From assembly GCA_051362555.1 (NCBI GenBank), contig CM120643.1, forward strand, positions 13,118,644 through 13,182,643: a DNA stretch of 64,000 nucleotides, given 5' to 3'. A model generated the notes under the pieces. The model did no database searches. It had not been told where the DNA came from and worked only from the letters and a program-made list of their open reading frames with translations. Source of the DNA: Lingula anatina (taxonomy: Eukaryota > Animalia > Brachiopoda). This document shows positions 11,527 to 24,515 of this stretch, piece by piece (the first letter of the stretch is position 1; each line of letters starts with the position of its first letter). The position numbers and the translations under genes are program-made.

Positions 11527-13354
11527 GTCGGTAACCTACAATTAAAGGACATACGTTTAAAACGGCATTTTCTTCACAGCTGCAATTATAGAGCTGATAG
11601 CAGGCTCAAGGTAACTGCTTTTTAAGGTGATGTTTGGCCATTCCATCCCTCGTCGACCGTTATCTGGAAGGCCTAGAGTGGACATTATCTTTGACTTTAT
11701 CATAACTGTCAGTAAAATAAAGACCCAGGCATTCTCATTAAAGGTACGGAGGGCGTCAAGATTTTCACGGAGATATTCACCTAAATGTGGTTATTTGCAG
11801 GACGCCAAGAAGAAAATAGACCATTCTAGTTTCCCTTATCTTTTTTTTAGAATATCACAAGCGGCCATTTCTCCAATTCAACAAGAGAACAGATATTCAT
11901 ATAACTAAGAAACCCCTTGAAGTGATTATGCGTCGATGTCTAATATTTTGTACTCTTTTACGAGAGAGAATACAGCACCTGCACATTATTTCATTATTTT
12001 TTAAGGATAGGATTTATCATCTTTGAATTTATATCTAATTACATTTACGATACTCCTTCAACCCCTTGAAGGAGCGTGGTATAGGAAGAAGCGCTCTTTA
12101 GATCAGGTGATGTGTCATATGAACTGTCTGAACGGTACGAGAGAGAGAGAGAGAGAGAGAGGATAAAATGTAAGAGGAAGTGCGGGACAAAACAAACATA
12201 TAAACATGTTTTTTTTCTGATGGGGAGGAGTGGTCGATTTCTAAAATTGTTTTGTTTATTTCGTCAAAATAAAGAATGTTATCACAAATCCGCTTCATTC
12301 TTTTTATTAGAGAGACCTTCAATAAATGCCGTCGTCATCGGATTGATTTTGATTTTGTTTTATTCTTTTTAAAGGCACGTCTTATTATTTAAGTCGGTTT
12401 AGATCAAGGAGACATAAAGCATGTTATCCGCTAGCTTTCTTTCACATATGGGCACAAGCTCAAATGATAGAATGCGTTCCCCGGTATCATGCACGCCTAC
12501 AGCGTCGACCGCGCCAGTATATCTCTCAGCACTTATATAGTTTATTGCCCTGGAAAATTGGCAAAGATATTATATGATAAGAAGAAAAAGCTTTTATACG
12601 GAAGATGATCAAAGTCAATGAGACGCGATTGGAAGCCGTGTTACATGTATGTATATGGCCATTCACTTGAAGACAAACCCCAAATCATTAATTGCACCAA
12701 AAGTACAATTCCTCTTGCCAGCCTTATCTAAGACCAGGGTTCTTGCTGCATGTTAGATTATGGCTTTGAGCACACAGCAACTTTTTTAAAATTTGATTTT
12801 CTTTAACAAGTACCTTCAATATTTTAATGTAAACATCCATGTTATGAGACTTACGTGATAACTTCGTGGTCAAATTCCCATTTGGAGATGGATGATACGA
12901 AACATTCAAGATGACAAAACTTTAAAAATTTACAATCATCTTAATGAGATATGTCAGCGAAAGCATTTGCCCGTGGTCAAGGTCGAGCTGAAGGGATAAT
13001 TTTCATATTTCAAATCTACTTTTCAAATGTAATTTTGTAATACTCCAGTTGAATCTGCTGTTGCTCTCTTTCTCTTCCACCTTGATGATTTTAGGAAACA
13101 TAATCATAGTAAAATGTTTAAAACTTAGTGTAATTCACTTGCATGGATTTGAAATTGAGCTTTTCCCTATTCTTACCACATTGGTGAAAAAAAACGTTGG
13201 GAGCTGCAACGAAAACGTATCAATCTTCGAGGAAGCTGCACGAGGAGTGCAACATCTGCACTGATACAGGAAGGGCACTGTGCGGTCACTTTTCAACCGA
13301 AAAACTTAATTTCCCATCGTGACACGGCACCCGCTGTAGACATACTCGTCGTAG

Positions 13355-13443
13355 CCCGTAGCTACTTACGATGTGAAAAAGTCGTACGGAAAATCGTATA
13401 CGATTTCATCGTACGGCGCCCGTGGCATATGTAATCTAGGTTT
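13355..13443 (+). repeat. Dispersed repeat family C fragment
   Basis: CCCGTAGCTACTTACGAT..ACGGAAAA..TACGA..TCAT.GTACGGCG.CCGT.GCA.ATGT is similar to 23142-23230. Confidence 0.65.
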
Positions 13444-16331
13444 TAGTTTAATTTTCATCAATCTTTTATCATGGTTTCGGGAAAGGGAAAATAAAACACC
13501 CTCATTAAAAGATTAAAATTTCTTAAATTATAGTACAGTTATCTAGTATGACACTTGGTGAAAATGGTGATTTAATACATAATGGGCATGAAACCGCATT
13601 CGATAAAATCCATTGTTGACATTCATATTCTACCCTTTCTGTTTTTTAATCGAAATTGAAAACATTTGGAAAAGATAACTCAAGATCATGTATGATAATT
13701 TATCATAAGAGTGGACCAGACTAAGAATGTGACCCGAAGATGTGACTTATGCCCCGGCGTCGCGATATATAACACAGATTTTACGGTTTATCGGGGATTT
13801 AACGGTTTACTGTAAATATAATAACGATTTACTGTAAATATAATCAGGTCTTTTCAAAATTACCTGGTTGTTTAAAAAAATCGTGTTGTGTGCGAAGGAG
13901 AAAGGATTCATTTTCCCACCAATTGATAACAGTGGCGGCCCCACGCACGCTGAATATAGTAATTTAATATGTAAAATAAGCAGAAGGTCTCGGAACGGCT
14001 TTACCCATCTGATCTGTGAATTATAGTATTAAGACATTTCTTATCAGTTTAATGTATCTCCAGTGCTATTACTATGTAATGGGCCCCATAAGTAATACGT
14101 TCGAAGAGTACATAGGACCGAAGGCACACCATCGGTCACACCAAACTTCAATCCGTGGATTTTTCTTCGGGTGTAAATGGAATCGGCGTTTTCATTTTAA
14201 CCAGAGTCACGTTAAGATAAAAGATGAATTTGAAAATTATGAAATTGCTTTAAAAACTTTCTCTACACTGTTTGGTGTTTGTTTTTGTCAATTAATTTTT
14301 CAGCATTTCTAATTACAAAAAACTTTTTCGTTATATCCGATTTTCTTATTGATTTATTTCACAGAAGACGCTGCACCTGGATTCCCTTAAACAAGCCCCA
14401 GCCCATGGACACACAATGTTAATTGTAATATATCGATACATCAATATATAATATAATGGTTAAAATAACAAGAACAATTCTGAAAAGTCACACATTATAA
14501 TTTGAATATTTTTACTCTCAATAATATTTGAACTAAATGTTTTCTGGCATAAAGGCTCTTCAGAGTTATTGCAACTAGCTAATACTTGTATAGTCCTGCA
14601 AGGGCTACGCTATTGGTAAAAGTGTCTTTATGGGCTCATTCCCAAATGATATAATCATCGTTAAATTTGGTCGTCATGCTTTTCAAGTTTATAACGAACA
14701 TTTGACAGCAACGTAAAAAAAAAAGAATCATCGAGGATTTCTTATTTAAAGTTCGTCTTGTTTTATAAATTGTGGGTATTAACTTAACCCCTGCACAGAA
14801 TTGTCGCGTGTGAAGCTGCATTATACAAGATAGCAACGGGTGAATTTCAAAGTGGGCTCAGTGGCCCATTCCTTCCTCCTTTTTAACAGGAAAACCGTTT
14901 CCCGCCTACTCAAAAAGGACAAAAAAAAAGTCACATTTAGGCTCTCAGAGGACTGGGGGTACTTTTTGCGTATATATAGCCCCTTTACTTTTCCACCCTT
15001 TTCAATGCAGTGTACGCTAAATAAGACGGCGGAAGTTTCTTAGTACGGGTTTTACATACACATTGTCACAAGACGCAGGAAATCAGTTATGTACATCGGC
15101 GTGAAGACGATATATACTGTACGTATTATTAGCGCGGTGATATCACGTGCAACTCATGAAAAATGCAAATTACACTTTGCCTAGTACGTCGCAAGAATTA
15201 AGCAATTAATATGATTTGAAGATGAAGTTTGCATATTATCAAGGCAATGATCTCGTGTGAAAATATTATGTAAAACTTAAATTATAGTTTTTCTCCACTT
15301 GAGTGGTAATTAATGTCAAAAGATTGCGTCATGTTTCATTGGGCGGGGGTGATATCTGAAAATAACTTCTACGATAAAAGTGCTCTCGTTTTGATGATAT
15401 TGATTGTATCCATAGCCCCACGAGTCTAACGTACATTGTATTTGTAGGTGCTTTACCCGTTGATTAAAAAATAACTTCATTACTACATAGTTGACATATT
15501 ACTGCAAAAGCAGTGTTATTGCGTGGGACATAAATTCTAGAAAATTGTCAAGCTAAGATGTATGCGTAATTATACATGTATGTTATCTATTTTATGCACC
15601 TGGCGAAACGGTTTTTTCAAGCACTTATCACTGTGTAGGCCAAAAAGCTTGGGATCACGTGCTTGGTATATAAAAAAGAAACAACACTTAATTTACACGT
15701 TGTCAACATATCTGAAGGTACGATCACACGTTTGTCCGTCTGCTGGCAGATCGTGTATCCTATGTATCCTATGAAAATAACGCGGCCAACAAATGTAACG
15801 GTTAGATTGCAGGTCAGATATTAAGCTGGCCATGTTAGATAGCACGTGTACATGCACCTAATTTCGCGCATGTTAACTTGGGGCGTTTGTCAACAAACAA
15901 GACGGCGTAATCATAGGCTGTAGAAATTTTAAATTGTAGAAATTGATATATACAGTGTGCATCTGAATAGATTAAAAGGAAAATGGTTGGTTGAGTCCAG
16001 GAGGAAAACGGTTTATGACCTTAAAAAAAAATCAAGCATATTTTGAATTCCCAAACGGAGAAAAATTTTGGGTCTTTCCAATAAGTCGATTTTTCGTCCA
16101 AGATCAACGATTAAAGAGATAACTGTACAATATGGTAGTCGGAAGGTTTTTTTCTCCTATACACAAAAAGGGGAAAAACGGAGGAAATTTACGGACATTT
16201 GAAGTCATTTGATCTTAGAGGAATCTTTTCACCATTTAACCATTCTTTTCTCTTTGTTTATTTATGCAAAGAAAAACATAGGAAGATTTTGAAAAGTGTA
16301 CCAAAAGAAAGTAAAGTGCCTGCTCGATAAA

Positions 16332-16469
16332 GAACGGTCAAATTGTCAAGTTTACATTGACGGGTACATGTATGTAATTTTTTTCTGTCGGAAGACGGTC
16401 AAAAATGGAGGATGGATCGATAAAGATAATTTGGAAGACTGTCAGAAAATATATCTGGATCCGCCCATG
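16332..16469 (+). mobile_element. MITE family B copy 2 (5' part missing or diverged)
   Basis: Matches 7345-7477 (TCGGAAGACGGTCAAAAATGGAGGATGG...ATAATTTGGAAGACTGTCAGAAAATAT.TCTGGATC.GCCC.TG). Confidence 0.7.
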
Positions 16470-17029
16470 CGATCGTTAAGTTACAAATGTTTAAGTCTAA
16501 AGCTGCGTACAACTTCTAGGATAAACACGATGTTAAATGTTCATTTTTTATATTAAAACAGAGTATTCCATTTACAAACTTTGAATAACATTATCCATAC
16601 TTTTCACTTGTATATACAGTGTTCAGACATACGGTATTACTAAGTCGCCACATTTATTTATGGCATTAATTTCGACTTTTTTGGACCCATTTGTGAATTC
16701 GCGCATAGCTTTCCATAATCTTTTCTCCATCAGGAAACGATTGCGTGTTTTAACGTACTATTATATTTTAAACCTGTTATTAGAGGTACAAAAGGAACGC
16801 AACTTTTTACCAAATGCTTGTAATTATTTTGTTTCGTGAAAGGCGTACGTACTTTGAAACACTATCATTTTTAACAATTTGCTTTCTACGAAGGCGAAGC
16901 CCTTTTTCAAAATGATAACGTCACATAGCATGTTCGTTGTCATTAGTGAATTTTTTGGAAGGTGATAAATCTTATGACACAAAAATTAAATAAGTTTAAT
17001 GAAGGACAAAAACTGTCTGAACTCGGGCG

Positions 17030-17036
17030 TATAAAA
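17030..17036 (+). promoter_or_regulatory. TATA box of the Gly/Phe/Lys-rich gene
   Basis: TATAAAA about 100 nt upstream of ATG 17139. Confidence 0.65.
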
Positions 17037-17138
17037 AGACTAAAAAGGTGAGAAGAGAGAGAAACTCTCACTTCGGCGCTTGTTCCCGACTCGGAGCCCC
17101 CATTTTCTCTATTCGCAGTTTACCACCCAACACCCAAC

Positions 17139-17837
17139 ATGAAGGTCATCGTGTTTTTGGCCATTGTGTCCGTCGCCTTGGGCACCACGATGAAGGGAGC
17201 TTACCATCAGCCAAAAGTCTCACAGCACATCCAACCATTCACGACTCTGAAGCAAGTGCTTCAAATCAGGAAAATCCCCACCGTTCAACATAGAGTGATC
17301 CACGGAACTAAGCTAGTCAGTGTGCCTACGAGGCGAGTCATTCAAGTTCCCGGGGTCCGCTTAGTCCCACAGATTGTGCACCAACCGGTTTCTGGGTACA
17401 GGCTGACGAGGATAGTCACTGGTCTTCCCTTTCAAGGTGGCGCCATTGGCTTGGGAGGAGCCGGTGGAGCCGGTTCTGGATTGGGTATCGGATCCGGTGC
17501 AGCTGGTTCTGGATTGGGTATCGGATCCGGTGCAGCCGGTTCTGGATTCAAAGGCATCGGAGGTAATCCTTATTTTGGTGGAGCCGGTTCTGGACTCAAA
17601 GGTATCGGCGGCACTCCTTTATTCGGTGGAGCCGGATCTGCATTCAAAGGTATCGGAGGCACTCCTTTATTCGGTGGAGCCGGGTCTGGATTCAAAGGTA
17701 TCGGAGGCACTCCTTTATTCGGTGGAGCCGGATCTGGATTTAAAGGATTCGCCGGAGGTTCCGGATACGGAAGCGGTGGATACGGCTCCAGTTTCGGGGG
17801 TGCTGGTGGCTCCTTCAAAGCTGGTGGTGGATGGTAG
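17139..17837 (+). CDS. Secreted glycine-rich repetitive structural protein, 232 aa
   Basis: Signal peptide MKVIVFLAIVSVALG, then a basic V/P/R/Q-rich region, 2 x AGSGLGIGSGA and 4 x AGS(G/A)(F/L)KGIGG(T/N)P(L/Y)FGG. Good start context (CAACATG). Confidence 0.9.
   Translation: MKVIVFLAIVSVALGTTMKGAYHQPKVSQHIQPFTTLKQVLQIRKIPTVQHRVIHGTKLVSVPTRRVIQVPGVRLVPQIVHQPVSGYRLTRIVTGLPFQGGAIGLGGAGGAGSGLGIGSGAAGSGLGIGSGAAGSGFKGIGGNPYFGGAGSGLKGIGGTPLFGGAGSAFKGIGGTPLFGGAGSGFKGIGGTPLFGGAGSGFKGFAGGSGYGSGGYGSSFGGAGGSFKAGGGW
17469..17750 (+). repeat. Coding minisatellite: 2 x 33 nt plus about 4.5 x 48 nt
   Basis: 33-nt units start at 17469 and 17502. 48-nt units start at 17535, 17583, 17631, 17679 and 17727 (partial). 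Confidence 0.9.
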
Positions 17838-20727
17838 TCACAGACAAGCAATGTAAATTGTAAGTTCTATTGTTTGGTTTGATAATAATACATGCAGGTA
17901 CATTTTTATATGTATATGTATTAGTCTGAACTAAAATTTCGTCGTATTCTGAACATTTTCACTGTTAAAATCGAGTATACTCAGTAAGGCAGAGACCCAG
18001 TAAGTAACCCAGTAAGGTAGAGACTATGGCAATAAAATTTACTACTTTAAATGTTCGTCTCCCTTTTAGTAAGTCAATCTGGATTTGTGGAAGGGTGTCG
18101 AAAACTCTTGCTCTCGTGTTCCAGATTATTTTATTTTATGTGCTTCAGCCACAAAAGTAGCTTTTTATCAATTTAAATAAAATCGGCTCAGTGACTTAAA
18201 GCATTTCTTTTTTTTTTCAGAGTTTCAGGACTGGGACAAGCCAAAAAGTGGCGAAAACACGAGTGTTGGACTTTCGGTCCTCAGTCACATAGCTACTTTA
18301 CGTTAGTTACATTGGATAAGACCTACACATCATACCAAATACATGACCAAACGGCCACAGACATTCAATGCATGTGAAACTAAAGAACTTGATGCATTTC
18401 TCACCAGTCTGCGTGGAGTTATATCACTATATCAATTGAAACAACCACAACAATGAATCAAGTGAACCTTTGTCTTAGTTACACCATGCTGAATTAAAAC
18501 TCGTAACCGAGTAATATTTTAAATGACAAACAATAAGCACGTACGCGCACTACACAAAAAGACGGATTTACTTTCCACAATTTTCAAGCTTGCTGGCGAA
18601 CATGCCTGGTTTGTAGATTTGCACCTCATATCTTTTCACAGCATTGAACAATAAATGAATTGCAAGAAATTATGTATATTAGCATTTTCTTCTCCAAGTT
18701 TAACATGGTCCAACTGAATTTTCAAAACATGGCGTTCGCTGACAGGTTTCAAGATAATAAAGCAAAATACACCAAAATGAGCTCGTCGTGGGATAGATCG
18801 ATCTAAAATCTGTGGGAATGGGGTCTAAAACGTACCCTCTGAATACTGGGTGGCTTTCAGCTCGTTACAAACTCGCTGAAGCGTCTGTTTTTGAATTTTG
18901 TACCAGGCTATGCTTGAGACCCCTACGGCATCAGAGCTCTTTTACATCCACACCGCGTTATTACTGTTAAATTTTCGTTTTCTTGTACTCTTTTCATTTT
19001 TTTTATATTGAAGAAGTATTCTTTTCTTTTTTATTTTGATGAACAAAGTGTGAATTTCAAGATCTTTACTTACCAACCCACTAAAGACTCAATAATTTTT
19101 GATCAATATTGAATATATTGTCATTATATTGAAAGTATTTTCGGTCACCAGGGCATTTCTTCTTTTTCTCTCATCCTATACTTAATTCATCCTTCTTTAT
19201 TTTTTGGGATAAAAGAAATTAGCCATGTCTTTTCCATTTCTTTATCTCCAAAATGTTAACCATTTTTAAGGCAACATAAGATACGTGGTTTACCGCAACT
19301 TTTTTATCATTAAACGGATTGGTTTAGTTAGCGAGATTACCGGTAGACAGTTATACGTTATCATATGTATGTGTTGTTCCGAACACGGCCAACAGGCTGA
19401 AAATGTCACGCCCCTATCTGAGGATCTGCGGAGGGCAGACATGGGGAAAATGTGTGTTTAAAACTAACATATTTACTTTGATAAGTTTTTTTTTTCACTT
19501 TCGGTATAAGTCACGGCACTTGTTTCCTGATTCGTCTGATAAATCACATGATACAGAGGTCAGACGGACCCTTATGATAGTAAATATATGTATGGGAGGC
19601 AGACTGTGGGCGTTTGGTTTTTCTGGAATAGAGCAAGATGTCCAGATATAATCAAGGGCAAATTTAAATAAAGCCCTGTAACGTGATCATTTATGCATTT
19701 CACCTCTTTTCATTAAAGCACGTTAATGTGTTCATAAAAGGCATTTTTCTTTCCAAGAAGTCGACTTTCCTACAACTACATCCGTCCTTCTCTGGAATAA
19801 CCTCGTGCACCACGAACGTTCTGAGATAAACCAAGTAAAATTTGTGCACGAGTTTGCTATAACTTAAATATCGAAATCGATGATACCCATGTCACCACCA
19901 CTTCCATTACTGAGAGATTATGGTATGGTATGGTTATTGTGCCTTTTTAGTCACCCGAACCAAAGGACCAGAAAGAGGCTAATTAATATAAGGATATACG
20001 AGTGATATTTCATACTTTTTCTGTTATTTATTTATTTATTTATTGCGTTAATGTTACCCCAGAACACCCATATTTAAAAAAGTTTTGTACTATTCAGTGA
20101 AAATCATATTGTTTCTGATTTTGCTGTCAAACTGATTTAATTAATGCTCTACGGTTCGTTTGTACTCTCTCACGCTGTTACAGCTTTTTTTAGTATCATA
20201 ATATCGACGTGTCCAATTTATTGAATAAAGTAACTGTCCGGTGTAGAAGAGTGTGTCAAGTAACAAGGTGTGAAATGTCAAAATGAACATGCTGTCTTTT
20301 TTTTTCTCTTGAAGTCAACAAATATTTGGCACTTAAAATATTAATATTAATCTATTGCGTGTCTACACAACATCTTAAAATCTGATAATTTTTCTTACAA
20401 AAACGTTAATTGCTAATTATGCATCTTTCAATCTTACATCAACTCAGCAATGCATGCCATAATTAGTGGAGAGGTATGTTAAAGGTACAAGGCGCTTCTT
20501 TTCAGTTGAAAAAAGCAAGCACCGTGTCTGGGTCACCATGACATCAATTTATTAATTCGCACTTTAAAACTTCACAAATATGTTTTACAATCAGAGAAGT
20601 TTTAATGTCCAAATTGATTAACTGCGCCGTTGCTCACCGGCAACTAAATAATCACGTTCACAAACATTTAAATGTTACTACCGAAATTCATAAGACTTCT
20701 GGGGGCACATCAAACATTTTGCCTTTA

Positions 20728-23700
20728 TAGTCAGGCGGTTAAGTCCAAATTATATCCAGAATTGTGCAAAAGTTGATAAAAGCATGAAACTTTCCACGAT
20801 GAATGACCCTTAGGTGTTTGTCAATTTTGGATCGGGGGGCAACTCCAAAATTCACAAGTACCCGGATGAGACGCTTTCTTAAATATGCTGACTCAGCATT
20901 TTATGTACATTCAGATTTCATCAAAACGAGCACTAACAATACTAATTATGATATCATAAATAGATTTTAAAAACGTACGCTCACTGTGCACATCTATGAG
21001 AGCAATGATGACGTCACGATGACGTCACTGGGTGATATTGCACAATTTAGGATGACAAATATCCACGTTCTACTACAGGAACAATAGTCGAACTCTGTAA
21101 TGTTTCTTTTCCGTAATTTTTTATTACAGAAGTGCATCCTTTAGGGTTAGAAAGGTATAATTAGCTTGATTGCTACTTCCGAGACATTGAGCATTTTCAA
21201 TATGGCCGTCAATTTTTGAGGAAAAACAGAAAAACAACCAGAAGTCGACGGATATACTTTATTTGTGGCTGTTGTGAATGTGTTTCATGTCGGAAGAACA
21301 CAGTAGGGCACAAGACTACATCTAGCACGTCGTTGTTACTGATAGAAAAACAAAATGGCCGCCAAGAGGCAAAGGGTAAAGTAAATCAGCAAAATCAGCA
21401 TATTTCTAGTATCATCAGTCTAATTAACGGCATCTTCTTCTTTGATTTTTCCGTTCATCGTGATTTTTCGTTAGCTTTTTTCCTACACAACCATTATCTG
21501 CTTGTTTAATATTCAACTTATGTGTGGTGAGGGCGTAAGTAGCAGGTTATCAATCTAATTGGTCCCATAGTTGAACAACACTAAGTTGTTTTCTGTAATT
21601 GTTTGAAAAAGAAATGTCCCTTTCTTGGTCAGAAAAGTCAACTTAGCTTGGCTTTACTAACTTCTGGGACATTGGCACTTTTCGTAACCCAAAATGGCTG
21701 CCAATTTTTACGCAAAATTACATAAGTATTCATAGCAATTTACATCAAACTATATACAGTGCGTGAAGATTCTTCATTTTAAAGTCTATTTGCATGTTTA
21801 TACAAATACAGAGGTGGTGTTTATTAGGGGTTCTTTCACATAATCTGCAAGTCATTTTAATAGAAATAGCAAAATAGCCACCAAAACGGCACGGAAAAGG
21901 CAGGTAAAAAGATGGTAAATTATGTTTTTCAGCTGAAAAAGATTTTAAACGAATGAAATCTGCATAAACATTGTATGTCAGTAAAATAATACGCCTGTGG
22001 TAAATGCAGGCAACATTATAAAACAGATTGGTTAACTAGATGTTACAAAGAGGAAAGGAAATATGTTCGTCAAATTTCTTCTTCCCTTAACCAGCCAGTC
22101 ATTTCTGATATGTCAGAAGCAACCCCTTAATGTTTGAAAATAAGGCTACTGACCAATGCTAGGCATTTCCAACTTTTATTAGATTTTTAAGCAAGCTTGC
22201 CGTTTAATTATGAAAGCTGAAACATACCAGACCTTCAAGCAGCACCTGACAGCGCTGACAGAGGAGAAGGTAATTTTCATATTCGTTCAAGTACGGATTT
22301 CGTTTGCGGAAGATCGTCGGCGGTAGGTGATTCGCCATCGGAGCAAGATGCGAAGCCAATTTACAAATCTTCAGAGGGAGATCATTTGCAATCCAAGCGA
22401 GACGAGAAGACAATTTTCATATTGGTTCAAGGGATTTTGTTCGCGGAAGATTGGCAGCGGTCGGACCCAGACGCCAAGGCAATTTTCATACCTTTAGCAG
22501 GAGGTTGTTTTCGATCCAAGGGAGACGAGAAAGCAATTTTCATATCCGTGCAAAGGACTTCGTCAGCGGCAGATCGTCAGCGGGCGATGGCTTCGTTTCC
22601 TTCTACCTTTGGTGGGTTAAGGGGGCATAACAATAGCAAAGGTGTTTAAAACTATTGTAATTCACAAATTTGAAGTTGTGCTTTTTTATTCTGACCACAT
22701 GGGTGCTAAAAATCCTATGAATATGTCCCGACACCGTGTCTATCTCCAAGAAAAGCCACACGGAAGGCGTGCTGCAATTGCACTGAGACTGAACGGACTC
22801 GGTATAATCACTTTCACCCGACAAAGCGAATTTTCCCTTTAGCCTGGGTCCCAATCCAACATACGGGCTTCTACGTCTAGTCTACGGCCAAAATATTGAT
22901 GTCAAGTTTTAAAAATGCCTAAAAAGACAGCAAAGAACAAGAGGGGAGAGGGGGTATCGGGGACAAGCAAAGTATGATTGGGCTTACCATCTTTGAACAC
23001 TGCTGCGGATATAATGACCTTCTCAAACATGCACCTGTTTATATACCTCCCCAAAAACATCTCAACACCTAAGATTCCCGTGCAAAGGATATTAGCGACA
23101 AGACACGGCACAAACCTGTACTGTAGAGGTAATTGCCGTTGCCCGTAGCCACTTACGATATCATAAAAATCCCACGGAAAACGTGTACGAGTTCATTGTA
23201 CGGCGTCCGTAGCAAATGTCATTTAGACTTTAGCGATCCAAACGAGATGAAGAGGCAATTTTCATATCGTCAGCGGAATATCGGTAGCGATCCGAGCGAG
23301 ACGAGAAGGTAATTTTCATATTTGTTTAAGGGACTTCGTCAGCAGAAGATCGTCAGCGGGAGATAGTTATTGATCCGAGCAAAAAGAGAAGGCAATTTGA
23401 ATATTTGTTCCAGGGGCTCATTAGTGGAAGATCGTCAGCGGGAGACCCGGTGGGAAGGATGCGTTCATTCGCAACTGAGTGGAATATGCTAATGTCTAGC
23501 CCTGTAAGAGCAAAATTTATTCACATGGTTGAGATGGTAACAACTGACTACTGAATGTTTATTTTGCATTAAAACGTGCTCTAGCAGTTCAGACTCCCAC
23601 CAAAACGAAATTGCCAAAATAAGTCTGTAATTGATTTTTAAAATATTTTTATACTATTTTTAATTTTTTTAAATTTATACCCCCCCTCCTTTGAAAATTA

Positions 23701-24515
23701 TTCTTTCTTTTTTTTCATTTCATTCCTTTTATTTTTGAGTGTCAAACAAGCTGATAATGGTAGGTAAGGATCATGGCTAATTAAAAATCCAAATGAACAG
23801 AAAAATCGAAGGCATAAAAAGTTTTAATAAGACTAATTATACAAGTTATAGACTGATTATACTGCTTTACTTCATCCTCTGCTGTATGCGTTGGCGGCCA
23901 TTTTGATTTTTCAATAACAGAAACATGCTAGTATGCAGTCATTTATCCTACTGTGTTCTCATTACGGGAAATGTATTCACAATAGCCACAAATAAATTAC
24001 ATCTGTCAACTCTTGGTTGTTTTTCTATTTTCTCTAAAAATTGACGGCCATATTGAAAATGCTCAAAGTCTCGGAAGTAGAAACCAAGCCAACTCAACCT
24101 TTCTAGCCCTCAAGGATGCATTTCTGTAATGAATGTTTACAGGAAAGATCATTGCAGGGTTCGACTATTTGGCATATACGAGTGAGTGGATATTTGTCAT
24201 TTTCTATTGTGCAATATTACCCAGTGACGTCATCATGACGTCAAATTTGCTGTAATAGATGTTTACAGTTAGTGTACGTTTCTCAAATTTATTCATGTTA
24301 TCATAATTAACGCCGGTAGTGCTCGTTTACGTGAATTCTGGATGTACATAAAATGCTGAGTCAGCATATTTTAAGAAAGCTGCTCATCCGGGTACTTGTG
24401 AATTTTGGAGTTGCCCCCCGATCCAAAATTGACAAACACCCAATGGTCATTCATCGTGGAAAGTTTCATGCTTTTATCAACTTTTGCACAATTTTTTGGC
24501 TTAGCCGCCTAACTA
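20728..24515. mobile_element. Non-autonomous DNA transposon with long TIRs (Academ-like), 3788 bp
   Basis: About 680 bp of imperfect inverted repeats (20728-~21400 versus ~23850-24515). Ends are TAGTCAGGCGGTTAAG / CTTAGCCGCCTAACTA, with TTA duplicated at 20725-20727 and 24516-24518. No transposase ORF. Confidence 0.85.
22262..23445 (+). repeat. Degenerate tandem array inside the transposon, split by a ~640 bp insertion
   Basis: Motif GAGACGAGAAGGCAATTTTCATAT..GGACTTCGTCAGCGGAAGATCGTCAGCGG repeats in 22262-22590 and 23233-23445. Confidence 0.8.

Noticed and set aside
17570-17851. Pro-rich repeat ORF on the minus strand (also 17437..17856, 11326..11625, 10703..11203, 60325..61017)
   Set aside because: Antisense or alternate-frame shadows of real repetitive or GC-rich CDSs.
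22262-23445. Repeat-spacer-like array resembling CRISPR
   Set aside because: The units are degenerate, the intervening parts resemble each other, there are no cas genes, and the context is eukaryotic. It is a satellite within a transposon.
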